From an uncultured bacterium (GTDB lineage Bacteria > Zhuqueibacterota > QNDG01 > DTFT01), in NCBI GenBank assembly GCA_963736115.1, contig CAVTNR010000001.1, forward strand, positions 65,479 to 129,478: a stretch of 64,000 bases of DNA, in the 5' to 3' direction. The position numbers and the translations under genes are program-made. Below are positions 49,850-59,684 of the stretch, one piece after another; position 1 is the first letter of the stretch, and each line of letters starts with the position of its first letter. The notes below the pieces were generated by a model. That model had not been told where the DNA came from. It saw only the letters and a list, made by a program, of their open reading frames with translations, and ran no database searches.

Positions 49850-51355
49850 ATGCCTCACCACCTGTTCGCCCGCAAACCGCTGAAACTGCTGCTGGAGGAA
49901 GCCAAAGGCGAGAACCGTCTGCGCCGAATTCTCGGTCCCGTGGGGCTGACGAGCCTCGGCGTCGGAGCCATCATCGGAACCGGCATATTCGTCCTCACCG
50001 GCGTGGCCGCGCACGACAAGGCCGGGCCGGCCCTGATTTTGTCCTTTGTCATCGCGGGATGCGCCTGCGTGTTCGCGGCCCTGTGCTACGCGGAATTCGC
50101 GTCCATGGTGCCGGTCGCGGGCTCGGCCTACACCTATGCCTATGCGACGCTCGGCGAGCTGTTCGCCTGGATCATCGGATGGGACCTGGTTTTGGAATAT
50201 ACCGTAGCCTCGGCCGCGGTGGCGCACGGGTGGTCCGCGCACTTCCAGGACCTGCTCGGGAGCTTCGGAATTCACCTGCCGTTCCGGTGGACGCACCCGC
50301 CCTTCGACTTCAATCCGGAGATCGGCCTGTTCATGTCGACAGGCGCGGTGTGCGACCTGATCTCAATCGGTATTACAGCGCTGATCACGGTCATTCTCGT
50401 CAAGGGGATACGGGAGAGCGCGGGTGTCAACGCGCTCATGGTCGGATTCAAGCTGGCGGTTGTGCTTTTCGTCATCGTGGTCGGGGCTTTCTACATTGAT
50501 CCCGCGAACTGGAAGCCATTCGCGCCGTACGGGTATTCCGGCCTGAGCTTTTTCGGAAAAACGATTTTCGGCCAGCACGGCCCCGGCGGCGAGCCCCTGG
50601 GCGTGCTGGCGGGCGCCGCGATCATTTTCTTCGCCTACATCGGTTTCGATTCGGTATCCACGCATGCCGAGGAAGCGAAACGGCCGAACCGGGACGTGCC
50701 CATCGGCATTATTGCCTCTCTCATCATATGCACCGTGCTCTACATCGCCGTGGCAGCCGTGCTCACGGGCATGGTGCCCGCCGCGCAGATTGACATCCAC
50801 GCGCCGGTTTCGGACGCCTTCCGACAGAAGGGCCTTCCGTTCGCGCGGCGGCTCATCGACCTGGGCGCGATTACGGGCATCACGTCTGTTCTGCTTGTCA
50901 TGATGCTGTCCCAGCCGCGCATTCTGCTGGCCATGGCGCGCGATGGGCTCATTCCGCCGCGGTTTTTCGGATCCATTCATGACCGGTTCCGCACGCCCTG
51001 GAAGTCCACCATACTCACTGGCATGCTCGTGGGCGCCATGTCGTCCCTCATTCCGCTCCGGGTGCTTGCGGATCTGACCAACATCGGCACCCTGTTTGCC
51101 TTTATCATCGTATGCTCAGCCGTTCTGGTCATGCGACGGATGCACCCGGAGGCGGAGCGGCCGTTCAGGGCGCCGTTTTTTCCGTGGGTCCCCATACTCG
51201 GTATTTTACTCTGCCTGGTGCTGATGTTTTCCCTGCCGGTTGAGAACTGGTGGCGGCTTTTTGCATGGCTCGGGGGAGGTCTTCTGATCTACTTCCTCTA
51301 CGGCCGGTCACGGAGCGTGCTGGCCCGGATACGGGCGGAGGAAAAGACGCGTTAG
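49850..51355 (+). CDS. APC family amino acid permease
   Basis: Motifs GAIIGTGIF, ALCYAEFASMVPVAGSAYTY and FFAYIGFD; about 12 or more TM helices. Confidence 0.95.
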   Translation: MPHHLFARKPLKLLLEEAKGENRLRRILGPVGLTSLGVGAIIGTGIFVLTGVAAHDKAGPALILSFVIAGCACVFAALCYAEFASMVPVAGSAYTYAYATLGELFAWIIGWDLVLEYTVASAAVAHGWSAHFQDLLGSFGIHLPFRWTHPPFDFNPEIGLFMSTGAVCDLISIGITALITVILVKGIRESAGVNALMVGFKLAVVLFVIVVGAFYIDPANWKPFAPYGYSGLSFFGKTIFGQHGPGGEPLGVLAGAAIIFFAYIGFDSVSTHAEEAKRPNRDVPIGIIASLIICTVLYIAVAAVLTGMVPAAQIDIHAPVSDAFRQKGLPFARRLIDLGAITGITSVLLVMMLSQPRILLAMARDGLIPPRFFGSIHDRFRTPWKSTILTGMLVGAMSSLIPLRVLADLTNIGTLFAFIIVCSAVLVMRRMHPEAERPFRAPFFPWVPILGILLCLVLMFSLPVENWWRLFAWLGGGLLIYFLYGRSRSVLARIRAEEKTR

Positions 51356-51586
51356 AACTGTGGAACGTTCGAACGTTTGAAAGTGACAAAGTGTAGCCGT
51401 TCAAATGTGCAAACAGTTTTATCCAAGTTCGGGGACCAGCGGTTTAATTTTTATTAAGAAAGATGGATTTATTTTGATTACTTTACGAAAACCTGCCCCT
51501 GGGAAATCGACATCTACGGGCGGTATTCCGATTGGATCGGGTATGAATTCTTCATCATGCACAGGGAATAACGGAGGCGGTTACCC

Positions 51587-54502
51587 ATGAGTCGCAGATC
51601 CCCCTGTCTTCGGACCGTGCTGTGGCTTGTACTTCTGGCCGTTCTGCATGGCGCAGCGGTTGCAGTGGAAATAAACCCGCCGCGTGAACGTCTGAGAATG
51701 GACGACGGATGGCGTTTCGCCTTCGGCCACCCGTTCGACGTTTCGAAGGATTTTAAACACGGGACCTCCTATTTTTCCTATCTTGCCAAGGCGGGATTCG
51801 GGGACGGCCCCGCGTCGAAATCCTTCGATGACAGGCCCTGGCGGATCCTCGACCTGCCCCATGACTGGGCCGTGGAACTTCCTTTCGACGAAAGGGCCGG
51901 ATACAGCCACGGGTACAAAGCGCTCGGCCGTAATTTTCCCGATAACTCGGTCGGCTGGTACAGGCGGTCCTTCCGGATTCCCGTGTCCGACCTGGGCCGT
52001 AGGATTTCAGTCGAATTTGACGGCGTGCACAGGAACGCGGCCGTATTCATCAATGGTTTTTATCTCGGCGAAGAACACAACGGCACGCTCGGGTTCCGGT
52101 ACGACTTGACGGATTATCTGGAATACGGCGGCATTAACGTGATCGCGGTCCGGGTCGATGCCATGATGGAGGAGGGATGGTATTACGAGGGCGCGGGACT
52201 GTACCGGCATGTCTGGCTGGCTAAAACCGGGCCCCTGCATGTACTTCCGGACGGCGTGTCCGTGTCCGCGGAATATACAGGCGGGCCCGCTGAAATCCGC
52301 ATCGGAACATCGGTCGTCAATGAGAGCCGGACGGGCGCGGCGTTCTCAGTGGAATGGTCCGTTTCTGACGGCCAGGGAAGAACAGTCGCGTCCGGTTTGC
52401 CCGGTTCCGCGTTCCTGGACCCGGGCAAGGCCGCGGATTTAACCGCCGCGATCCGGCTTGCGGATCCGAAACCCTGGTCCGTACGGACGCCTGTGTTGTA
52501 CACGCTGACGACCGCTGTCCGGTCGGGCGGGATCATCGTGGACCGCGTGGAAACCGCATTCGGCATACGGTCTTTCCGATTTGACGCGGATTCAGGATTC
52601 TATCTCAACGGCGGGCATCTGCCGCTCCGGGGCGTCAACCTGCACCAGGACCATGCCGGCGTCGGCGCGGCCGTGCCGGACGGCCTCACGGAGTTCCGCC
52701 TGAAAAAACTGAAGGAAATCGGGTGCAATGCGGTCCGTTCCTCGCACAATCCCCCTGCTTCCGAACTTCTGGACGCCTGTGACAGGCTGGGCCTGCTGGT
52801 CATCAACGAGAACCGGCTGATGGGCGTCAGTGCGGAGCATCTGGACCTCCTGAAGCGTCTTGTGCTTCGCGACCGGAATCATCCTTCGGTTCTGGTCTGG
52901 TCCATCGGAAATGAGGAGTGGGCCATTGAGGGGAATGAAACCGGCGCGAGGCTGGCTGCAGCGATGCAGGATTTCGTCCGGGACCTGGACCCGACTCGGC
53001 GCGTGACGTATGCGGCCAGCGGATGGGGAAGGGGCATATCGGACGTCATCGACGTGATGGGTTTCAACTATATCTTCAACGGGGACATCGACAGCCAGCA
53101 CAGCCGCCGTCCCGGTCAGCCGGCCATCGGCACGGAGGAGACCACGTCGCGCTGCACGAGGGGCATATACGAGGATGACCCGGTCCGGGCCTGGATGCAG
53201 CCCACGGACCGGAAGCCCGGGGGCCGCAGTCTGGAGGAGGGATTCCGTTTCTACGCGGCCCGTCCGTTCCTGTCCGGGATTTTCTACTGGACCGGTTTCG
53301 ATTACCGGGGAGAACCCAATCCTTACGGCTGGCCGCAAGTTGCATCCCAATGCGGCATTTTCGACCTGTGCGGATTCCCCAAGGATATGGCCTGGTATCT
53401 GAAGGCCGAATGGACGTCCGAGCCGGTCGTCCACATCTTACCCCATTGGAACTGGAGCGGCCGGGATGGAAGCCCGGTATCCGTGTGGGTTTACTCGAAC
53501 TGCGAATCCGTTCAGCTTTTCCTGAACGGGAAGAACCTGGGAAGGAAAGACAGGCCGGAGCACGGTCATCTGGAATGGTCCGTCCCGTACAGGCCCGGCG
53601 TCCTGTCCGCAAAAGGTTTCCGGAACGGGAAAGCGGTCGCCGAAACGACCGTTGAAACGACAGGACCGGCTTCCGCGGTCCGGCTTCTCGCGGACACGCA
53701 GGCGATGAAAGCGGACGGGGAAGACATCATTGCTGTGACGGTCCGCATCGAGGACGCCTCGAAACGATGCGTGCCCGCGGCCGGCCATGAGATCGTATTC
53801 CGGCTGGAAGGCCCTGGCCGCATCATCGGAGTCGGAAACGGCAACCCCTCTTCTCATGATCCGGAACGTTTCGTCGAATCGGTGAGTCAGGCCGCGGTCA
53901 CCGGACTCAGAGCCGGATTCGCGGATCCGGCCTCCATACCGGAAGCGACAACACCGGATTTCGACGATTCCGCATGGCCTTTCGCGATCGACAGCCAGGG
54001 GAATTACTCGGTCCGGTCCGGGGATACGACTCAGGCCATGATTCTCAGGGGCGGATTCCTGCTGCCGGAACTGCCTTCCGGCGCCGAGGTGACCCTGTAT
54101 TCGAAGAGTCTCGGTGAAATCCAGTCTGTTTACGTGAACGGACGCAGGGTCGCGGAAGGCATACGGAGGGACGATCCTGTGGTTCCGGTCCGGCTGGAGC
54201 CCGGCCTCCTGCGGCAGGGTAAGAACGTCTATGCAGTCGCCGGAAAACCGCTCGTGCCGCGGGTTCTGTACGACAATCTCAACACCGATCCGGGAGTCGT
54301 GCAGGTGTCGATCCCGGCGTCCCGTTGGAAACGGAACGTGTTCAACGGTCTGGCGCAGGTGATCGTCCAGTCCACGGGCGGGCCGGGCCGGATACGGCTG
54401 TCCGCTGAATCGCCGGAGTTGAAGCCAGCCGTCCTCCAGATCCAGGCGGAACCGGCCACAGTCCGGCCATCCGTGCCGGTTATCCAAAAGGAGACTTTAT
54501 GA
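51587..54502 (+). CDS. Beta-galactosidase, GH2
   Basis: Signal peptide; motifs LPHDWAVE, GVNLHQDH, RSSHNPP, RDRNHPSVLVWSIGNEE and WTGFDYRGEP. Confidence 0.94.
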   Translation: MSRRSPCLRTVLWLVLLAVLHGAAVAVEINPPRERLRMDDGWRFAFGHPFDVSKDFKHGTSYFSYLAKAGFGDGPASKSFDDRPWRILDLPHDWAVELPFDERAGYSHGYKALGRNFPDNSVGWYRRSFRIPVSDLGRRISVEFDGVHRNAAVFINGFYLGEEHNGTLGFRYDLTDYLEYGGINVIAVRVDAMMEEGWYYEGAGLYRHVWLAKTGPLHVLPDGVSVSAEYTGGPAEIRIGTSVVNESRTGAAFSVEWSVSDGQGRTVASGLPGSAFLDPGKAADLTAAIRLADPKPWSVRTPVLYTLTTAVRSGGIIVDRVETAFGIRSFRFDADSGFYLNGGHLPLRGVNLHQDHAGVGAAVPDGLTEFRLKKLKEIGCNAVRSSHNPPASELLDACDRLGLLVINENRLMGVSAEHLDLLKRLVLRDRNHPSVLVWSIGNEEWAIEGNETGARLAAAMQDFVRDLDPTRRVTYAASGWGRGISDVIDVMGFNYIFNGDIDSQHSRRPGQPAIGTEETTSRCTRGIYEDDPVRAWMQPTDRKPGGRSLEEGFRFYAARPFLSGIFYWTGFDYRGEPNPYGWPQVASQCGIFDLCGFPKDMAWYLKAEWTSEPVVHILPHWNWSGRDGSPVSVWVYSNCESVQLFLNGKNLGRKDRPEHGHLEWSVPYRPGVLSAKGFRNGKAVAETTVETTGPASAVRLLADTQAMKADGEDIIAVTVRIEDASKRCVPAAGHEIVFRLEGPGRIIGVGNGNPSSHDPERFVESVSQAAVTGLRAGFADPASIPEATTPDFDDSAWPFAIDSQGNYSVRSGDTTQAMILRGGFLLPELPSGAEVTLYSKSLGEIQSVYVNGRRVAEGIRRDDPVVPVRLEPGLLRQGKNVYAVAGKPLVPRVLYDNLNTDPGVVQVSIPASRWKRNVFNGLAQVIVQSTGGPGRIRLSAESPELKPAVLQIQAEPATVRPSVPVIQKETL

Positions 54503-55494
54503 ACATCGCGTACGGGGCACCGCTCGAAAAGGCGTGGAAACGCATGACACAGGCTCTGTTCCGGCCTTTCGACATGAGGAAATGGCTGGTCATGGGATTC
54601 ACCGCTTTTCTCGCCGGATTGATGGACTATCAGGGCGGCCGGTCCGGCCGCTCGAGCCAATCTCTCGACGGACGGGATTGGCGCGATATTCTCGAACTTC
54701 CGGCCGAAGCCTGGGGCTGGCTGACCGGGCATCCGCTCTGGGCGGCGCTGATTTTCGCGGGCGTCATCGCGGTCATTGTTCTGTCCGTGGTCCTGACCTG
54801 GCTGTCCTCGCGCGGCAAGTTCATGTTCCTGGACAATGTTTTCCGGGACAGAGCCGCGATTCAGGCGCCCTGGCGGGAGTATCGTCCGGCCGGTGATTCT
54901 CTGTTCATCGCCCGGCTCCTGCTCGGCGCAGCGGCCTTCGCCGTTTTCTCCATCTATCTGCTCGGTTGCCTGCTGGTCCTGATCGGGATGGCCGGGAGCA
55001 ACGCTTCCGGAGACGGCATACTGCCGACCGTCCTGCTCATGGCTGCGGGACTGCTCCTGCTGATTCTCGCCGCGTCTTTCGTGGAGATCTGCCTGAACGA
55101 TTTCGTGGTGCCGGTCATGGCCAAACGCCGAATGACCATTCTGCCCGCGGCCGGATTATTCTGGGATCTGTTCCGTCAAAACCCAGGCGCCTTCCTCCTG
55201 TACGGGCTTCTGGTGTTCCTGCTCAAGGTCGCGGTCGTTTCGCTGATCGTGGCGGTAGGGCTGATGACCTGCTGCGTCGGATTTTTGCTCCTGGCCGTGC
55301 CTTACGTCAATTCAGTCATCCTGCTTCCGGTTTCATATGTCTTCCGGGCTTTTTCCCTGGAATTTCTCGGTCAGTTCGGACCAGGATTCGACCTGTATGT
55401 AGGGAAAGGGAAGAGCGGGCGGAAGCCGGCTTCGAAACGAACCGCTGTGTTGAAAAAGCCTTCCCGCGGAAAGGCTTCAAGGAAAAAACAGTGA
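54499..55494 (+). CDS. Integral membrane protein of unknown function
   Basis: Several hydrophobic helices, ATGA overlap with the GH2 gene and an AAGGAG RBS. Confidence 0.82.
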   Translation: MNIAYGAPLEKAWKRMTQALFRPFDMRKWLVMGFTAFLAGLMDYQGGRSGRSSQSLDGRDWRDILELPAEAWGWLTGHPLWAALIFAGVIAVIVLSVVLTWLSSRGKFMFLDNVFRDRAAIQAPWREYRPAGDSLFIARLLLGAAAFAVFSIYLLGCLLVLIGMAGSNASGDGILPTVLLMAAGLLLLILAASFVEICLNDFVVPVMAKRRMTILPAAGLFWDLFRQNPGAFLLYGLLVFLLKVAVVSLIVAVGLMTCCVGFLLLAVPYVNSVILLPVSYVFRAFSLEFLGQFGPGFDLYVGKGKSGRKPASKRTAVLKKPSRGKASRKKQ

Positions 55495-55570
55495 ACATTT
55501 CCGAACACCGGTTCTTGGACAACCGCCTGATGTGAACCGGTCATCCCAAATATCAAGGAGCAGTCATCAC

Positions 55571-56980
55571 ATGCGCAAGAAGAAAACCGAACAAGAGACG
55601 GGAGGGATGTGTTCGAGACGGCAATTCCTGGCGGCCACGGGCGCGGCCGCGGCCGGGCTGGCCGCGGGTTCGCTCTCGAAACCGGCCCGGCTGTTCGCGG
55701 ATTCCCCTTTACGGCCCTACGCCGGTACGGCCCTCGTGGCCGCGACGCAGGCTTACGATTATACAAGGGAGAATGTCAAGGCCCGCGTTCAGCACCTCTT
55801 TGAAGCCCTGGGCGGCATCGGGGATGTGATCCGGTCCGGTGATAAGGTCGCGATCAAAATCAACATCACGGGCGGGACCTCGTACGACGGCAACGCCCGG
55901 CTCAAGGGCGTCCCGCTTGTCGAGAGCGTCTGGACCCACCCCGAGGTGATCCGGGCTGTGGGCGAGTGCATTCTCGACGCAGGCGTACGACCGCAGGACC
56001 TGTACATCGTTGAGGCTATCTGGGGTATGGACTCCTACAACAATTACGGTTATAAGGAAGTACAGGAGTCGCTGGGCGCGACCCTGATTGACCTGAATAA
56101 GACCGCGCCGTACGGCGATTTCGCGGATCAGCCCGTGGGGAGCAATTTCTGCGACAGGGAGAGCTTCAAGCTCAACCGCATTCTGACTGAAGTGAACGCA
56201 TTCGTCTCCATCCCCAAGATGAAACACCACCTGACCGCGTGCGTGACGCATTCGATGAAAAACCTGATCGGTATCGTTCCCCTTCTGCCCGAAATGGGCA
56301 GCGGATGGCGTTCGAAACTGCACAGCGGCATCACCAACAACGACAAGCAGGACCTCCAGCGCGCCATCTGCGACCTGAACATGGCCAGGCCCATTCACCT
56401 CGCCGTGATCGACGGCATCAAAACCGCGGACGGCGGAGAACTGCCCACGGCATCGACGTTCGCGCCGAAGGCGTATAACCTTCTTCTGGCGGGCAAGGAT
56501 CCGGTCGCGACGGACAGCATCGCCTCTCTGCAGATGGGCAATGACCCGCAGGCGGAGAAGCTGTACCGGCCCGACGGAACGGCATGCCTCAATTACCTGG
56601 CCCTGGCGCGGGAAAAGGGCATCGGCACCAATCTCCTGTCCGAAATTGAAATCGTGGGAGACGGCGCGGAATCCATACAGACGTCCGTCCGGACGCGAAA
56701 ACAGCCGGAACGGCCCGGCCGCATCGCGCTGTCGCAGAACTTCCCCAATCCCTTCAACGCGACCACGGTGTTCCGCTATTTCCTGCCGGAAACGGCCCAT
56801 GTCACGATCCGCATCCTGGATGCCTCGGGCCGAAAGGTTTCCGTGCCCGTGGATGCCGTCACGGCTTCGGGCGAGCATGAACTGCTCTGGTCGGCCGGGA
56901 GCCTGCCGAGCGGCGTTTACCTCTGCCGCATGCAGGTCGGCCGTTTCTGGGAAGTCCGCAAATTCGTGCTCCAGCGATAG
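55571..56980 (+). CDS. DUF362-family protein with Tat signal and C-terminal sorting (T9SS-like) domain
   Basis: Tat motif SRRQFL; DUF362 motifs GDKVAIKIN, THPEVIRAV, SIPKMKHH, SMKNLIG and DPVATD; CTD LSQNFPNPFNATT..SGVYLCRM. Confidence 0.87.
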   Translation: MRKKKTEQETGGMCSRRQFLAATGAAAAGLAAGSLSKPARLFADSPLRPYAGTALVAATQAYDYTRENVKARVQHLFEALGGIGDVIRSGDKVAIKINITGGTSYDGNARLKGVPLVESVWTHPEVIRAVGECILDAGVRPQDLYIVEAIWGMDSYNNYGYKEVQESLGATLIDLNKTAPYGDFADQPVGSNFCDRESFKLNRILTEVNAFVSIPKMKHHLTACVTHSMKNLIGIVPLLPEMGSGWRSKLHSGITNNDKQDLQRAICDLNMARPIHLAVIDGIKTADGGELPTASTFAPKAYNLLLAGKDPVATDSIASLQMGNDPQAEKLYRPDGTACLNYLALAREKGIGTNLLSEIEIVGDGAESIQTSVRTRKQPERPGRIALSQNFPNPFNATTVFRYFLPETAHVTIRILDASGRKVSVPVDAVTASGEHELLWSAGSLPSGVYLCRMQVGRFWEVRKFVLQR

Positions 56981-57046
56981 GCGAAACGCCGGCCGGTTGG
57001 GTCTTGACATTTTGCCTATTTTAAATGAAATTACGTCCGGTCCGAT

Positions 57047-57195
57047 CGGGCGGCCAGAAGCCCGGTCCTTCTGGTCCCAGTTTTCTTGATGATCGGAGAT
57101 TGGACTTCTGGCCGCTCCGACGGGTCTGACCCCCCGCCGCTTACGGTATCCATCATCCAAGTTTTTTGCGATACACCACTGCTTGCGGCGGGGTC
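57047..57195 (+). promoter_or_regulatory. Structured 5' leader of the polyamine operon (candidate cis-regulatory RNA)
   Basis: GCGGCCAGAAG (57050-60) pairs with CTTCTGGCCGC (57105-15) or alternatively with CTTCTGGTC (57068-76). A second stem forms between GACCCC..GCCGC and GCGGCGGGGTC (57128-57195). Confidence 0.45.
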
Positions 57196-57233
57196 CATCA
57201 TTCACCAACGGACGATTTTTGAAAGGAAATGAA

Positions 57234-58418
57234 ATGCCGAAAAAGAAGAACGAATGTTCCGGCAAGGAGAAATACCTCAAGGGAAAGCGTATCCTTCCCA
57301 AACCGATTTCCGGAACCACCGACATTGTCAGCCTCATCGATAACATGGACGCTTACAACGGAGGCCGGCTCCGCGCGGCCTGCCATCTTCTGAGGGACAA
57401 ATACTCCAAAAGCGACGTCACCGTCGGACTCAGCCTGGCCGGGGCCATGACGCCCGCGGGCATGGGGCCGTCGGCCATCATCCCCCTGATGAACCACGGT
57501 TATATCGACTGGATGACGGCGACCGGCGCGAACATGTACCACGACCTGCATTTTGCGTTCAATCTGCCGATGTTCCGCGGCAGTCATAACGTGGACGACG
57601 CGGACCTGCGGCGGAAGGGCGTCACGCGCATTTACGACATTCTGTTCGACTACGAAGACGTCCTCATGGAAACGGACCGGCGGCTGAGGCACATCCTCGT
57701 CCGGCCGGAGTTCCAGAAGGAGATGGGCACGCGTGAGTTCTACCACCTGCTCGGCCGGATCATGGACGAATGGGAGCGGAAGAACAGAACCGGGCAGGTG
57801 AGTATCGTGGCCGCCGCTTTTCGCAACGACATCCCGGTCTTCACCTCTTCGCCCGGCGATTCCACGATCGGCATGAACGTGGCCGGCATCGAACTGCTGG
57901 CCGAGGCGGCCGGTCTGCAGAAACAGTTCCGCCTCAAGATCAATCCCAGCATCGATGTCAACGAGTCGACGGCCATTATCCTGAACGCCAAGCGGACCGA
58001 GAAGGGAAAGACCGCCGTAATCCTCATCGGCGGCGGAAGCCCCAAGAATTTCATGCTCCAGACCGAGCCGCAGATCCAGGAAGTGCTCATGATTCCCGAG
58101 CTCGGCCAGGATTATGACATCAACATCACCGACGCCCGACCCGACACCGGAGGCCTGTCCGGCGCGTCGCCCAGCGAGGCGGCGAGCTGGGGAAAGATCG
58201 ATCCCGACAAGATCGATGAGAGCGTCACCGCCTACGTCGATTCCACGGTGGCCCTGCCCATGCTCACGGCCTATGTGCTCCGGTCCGCCAGGAAGAAAAA
58301 ACTAAAGCGTCTGTACAAGCGGGGACCGGAACTGTACCGGGGCCTGATCCAGGCGTACCTCGAAAACAACCGGGAAGTCGGGGATCTCAAACGGCTCATC
58401 GGAAAACTGCCGGAGTGA
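57234..58418 (+). CDS. Deoxyhypusine synthase-like protein (probable homospermidine synthase)
   Basis: Motifs LAGAMTPAG, TGANMYHD, SPGDSTIG, IGGGSPKNF and DTGGLSGASPSEAASWGK. Confidence 0.92.
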   Translation: MPKKKNECSGKEKYLKGKRILPKPISGTTDIVSLIDNMDAYNGGRLRAACHLLRDKYSKSDVTVGLSLAGAMTPAGMGPSAIIPLMNHGYIDWMTATGANMYHDLHFAFNLPMFRGSHNVDDADLRRKGVTRIYDILFDYEDVLMETDRRLRHILVRPEFQKEMGTREFYHLLGRIMDEWERKNRTGQVSIVAAAFRNDIPVFTSSPGDSTIGMNVAGIELLAEAAGLQKQFRLKINPSIDVNESTAIILNAKRTEKGKTAVILIGGGSPKNFMLQTEPQIQEVLMIPELGQDYDINITDARPDTGGLSGASPSEAASWGKIDPDKIDESVTAYVDSTVALPMLTAYVLRSARKKKLKRLYKRGPELYRGLIQAYLENNREVGDLKRLIGKLPE

Positions 58419-58433
58419 GCGGAGGGAGGCATC

Positions 58434-59583
58434 ATGAAGAAAAAATGGCTGGACCTGACCGCGCGCTACGGAACGCCGCTGTTTCTGCTAGACCATGACG
58501 TCATCCGGAGCAATTACCGGACCTTCAAGAAACACCTGCCGCGCGTGCAGTGCTATTACGCGGTGAAGGCGAACTCGAATCCGGAAATCGTCAAGACGCT
58601 GTTCCAGGAGGGCGCGAGCTTCGACGTCGCCTCGTACAATGAGTTCATGCAGGTCTACGAGTACATCCGGCATTTCAAGGAAAAGGACCAGGAGTTCTTC
58701 ATCTGGGACAAGATCATCTTCTCCAACACGATCAAGGACCGGGACACCCTGAGAAAGATCAAGCGGTACCGGCCGCTGGTCACCTATGACAACCTGGACG
58801 AAGTCCTCAAAATCCGGGACCACTGCAAATCGGCGGGCCTGGTGCTCCGGCTCAAGGTGCCCGACGTGGGATCGCAAGTGGAGATGGGCTCCAAGTTCGG
58901 ATGCGAGCCGGGCGAAGCCATGAAGCTGATCCGCAAGGCCGTGGATGCCGGGCTGAAGGTGGAGGGCATCAGTTTCCACGTGGGCAGTCAGTGCACCCAC
59001 TTCGACAATTATACGTCCGCCCTGGCCATCACCTCGGATATTTTTCACGACGCGCGGAAAAAAGGTTACGACCTGAATCTCATCGACATCGGAGGCGGTT
59101 TTCCGGTGCCGTATGACGACCAGGTGCCCCGGTTCGAAAAGCTGGCCGGCCTGCTGAACGCCGAATTCGACCGGCTCTTCCCGGACGACATTGAAATCAT
59201 CGCGGAACCCGGACGGTTCATGGTGGCCACGGCCGCCACCCTGATTTCGGAGATCATCGGCAAGGCGCGCCGGGACGGAAAGGTGTTCTACCACATCAAC
59301 GACGGCGTGTACCACACGTTCTAGCGGTGTCGTGTACGATCACTGGATTCCCAATTTCAAGGCCGTCCGCCGCGGGAAACCGGAAGTGTGCGCGGTCGTG
59401 GGCCCGACCTGCGACAGCTTCGACAAAATTACGCTTTCAGCCCACCTGCCGGCGAATCTGAAGATAGGAGACCTGCTGATCACCGGGAATATCGGCGCCT
59501 ACAGCACCGCATCCTCCACGCGATTCAACGGATTCGACGGCGCTATCATTCTTCATCTGGACGGGGATAAGCCGAGGGCTTAG
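58434..59583 (+). CDS. Ornithine/lysine decarboxylase (fold-type III PLP); +1 frameshift at 59322
   Basis: YAVKAN, SKFG, FHVGSQ, DIGGGF and EPGR precede the TAG. GPTCDSFD and GAY follow in the +1 frame (TTC T AGC GGT = F-S-G). Confidence 0.9.
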
Positions 59584-59684
59584 ACCCGGTCCGGCGTACC
59601 CCGCGCACCGCCGGTTCTGACAGCCTCCGGATCTTGGTTCCGCTCCGGTGGCCGTTCCGGATCCGGCCCAGCAGGAGTGTTCGC

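Noticed and set aside
59322-59324. TAG read-through (pyrrolysine or suppression) in the decarboxylase
   Set aside because: The conserved downstream sequence is in the +1 frame, so read-through would not restore the protein.
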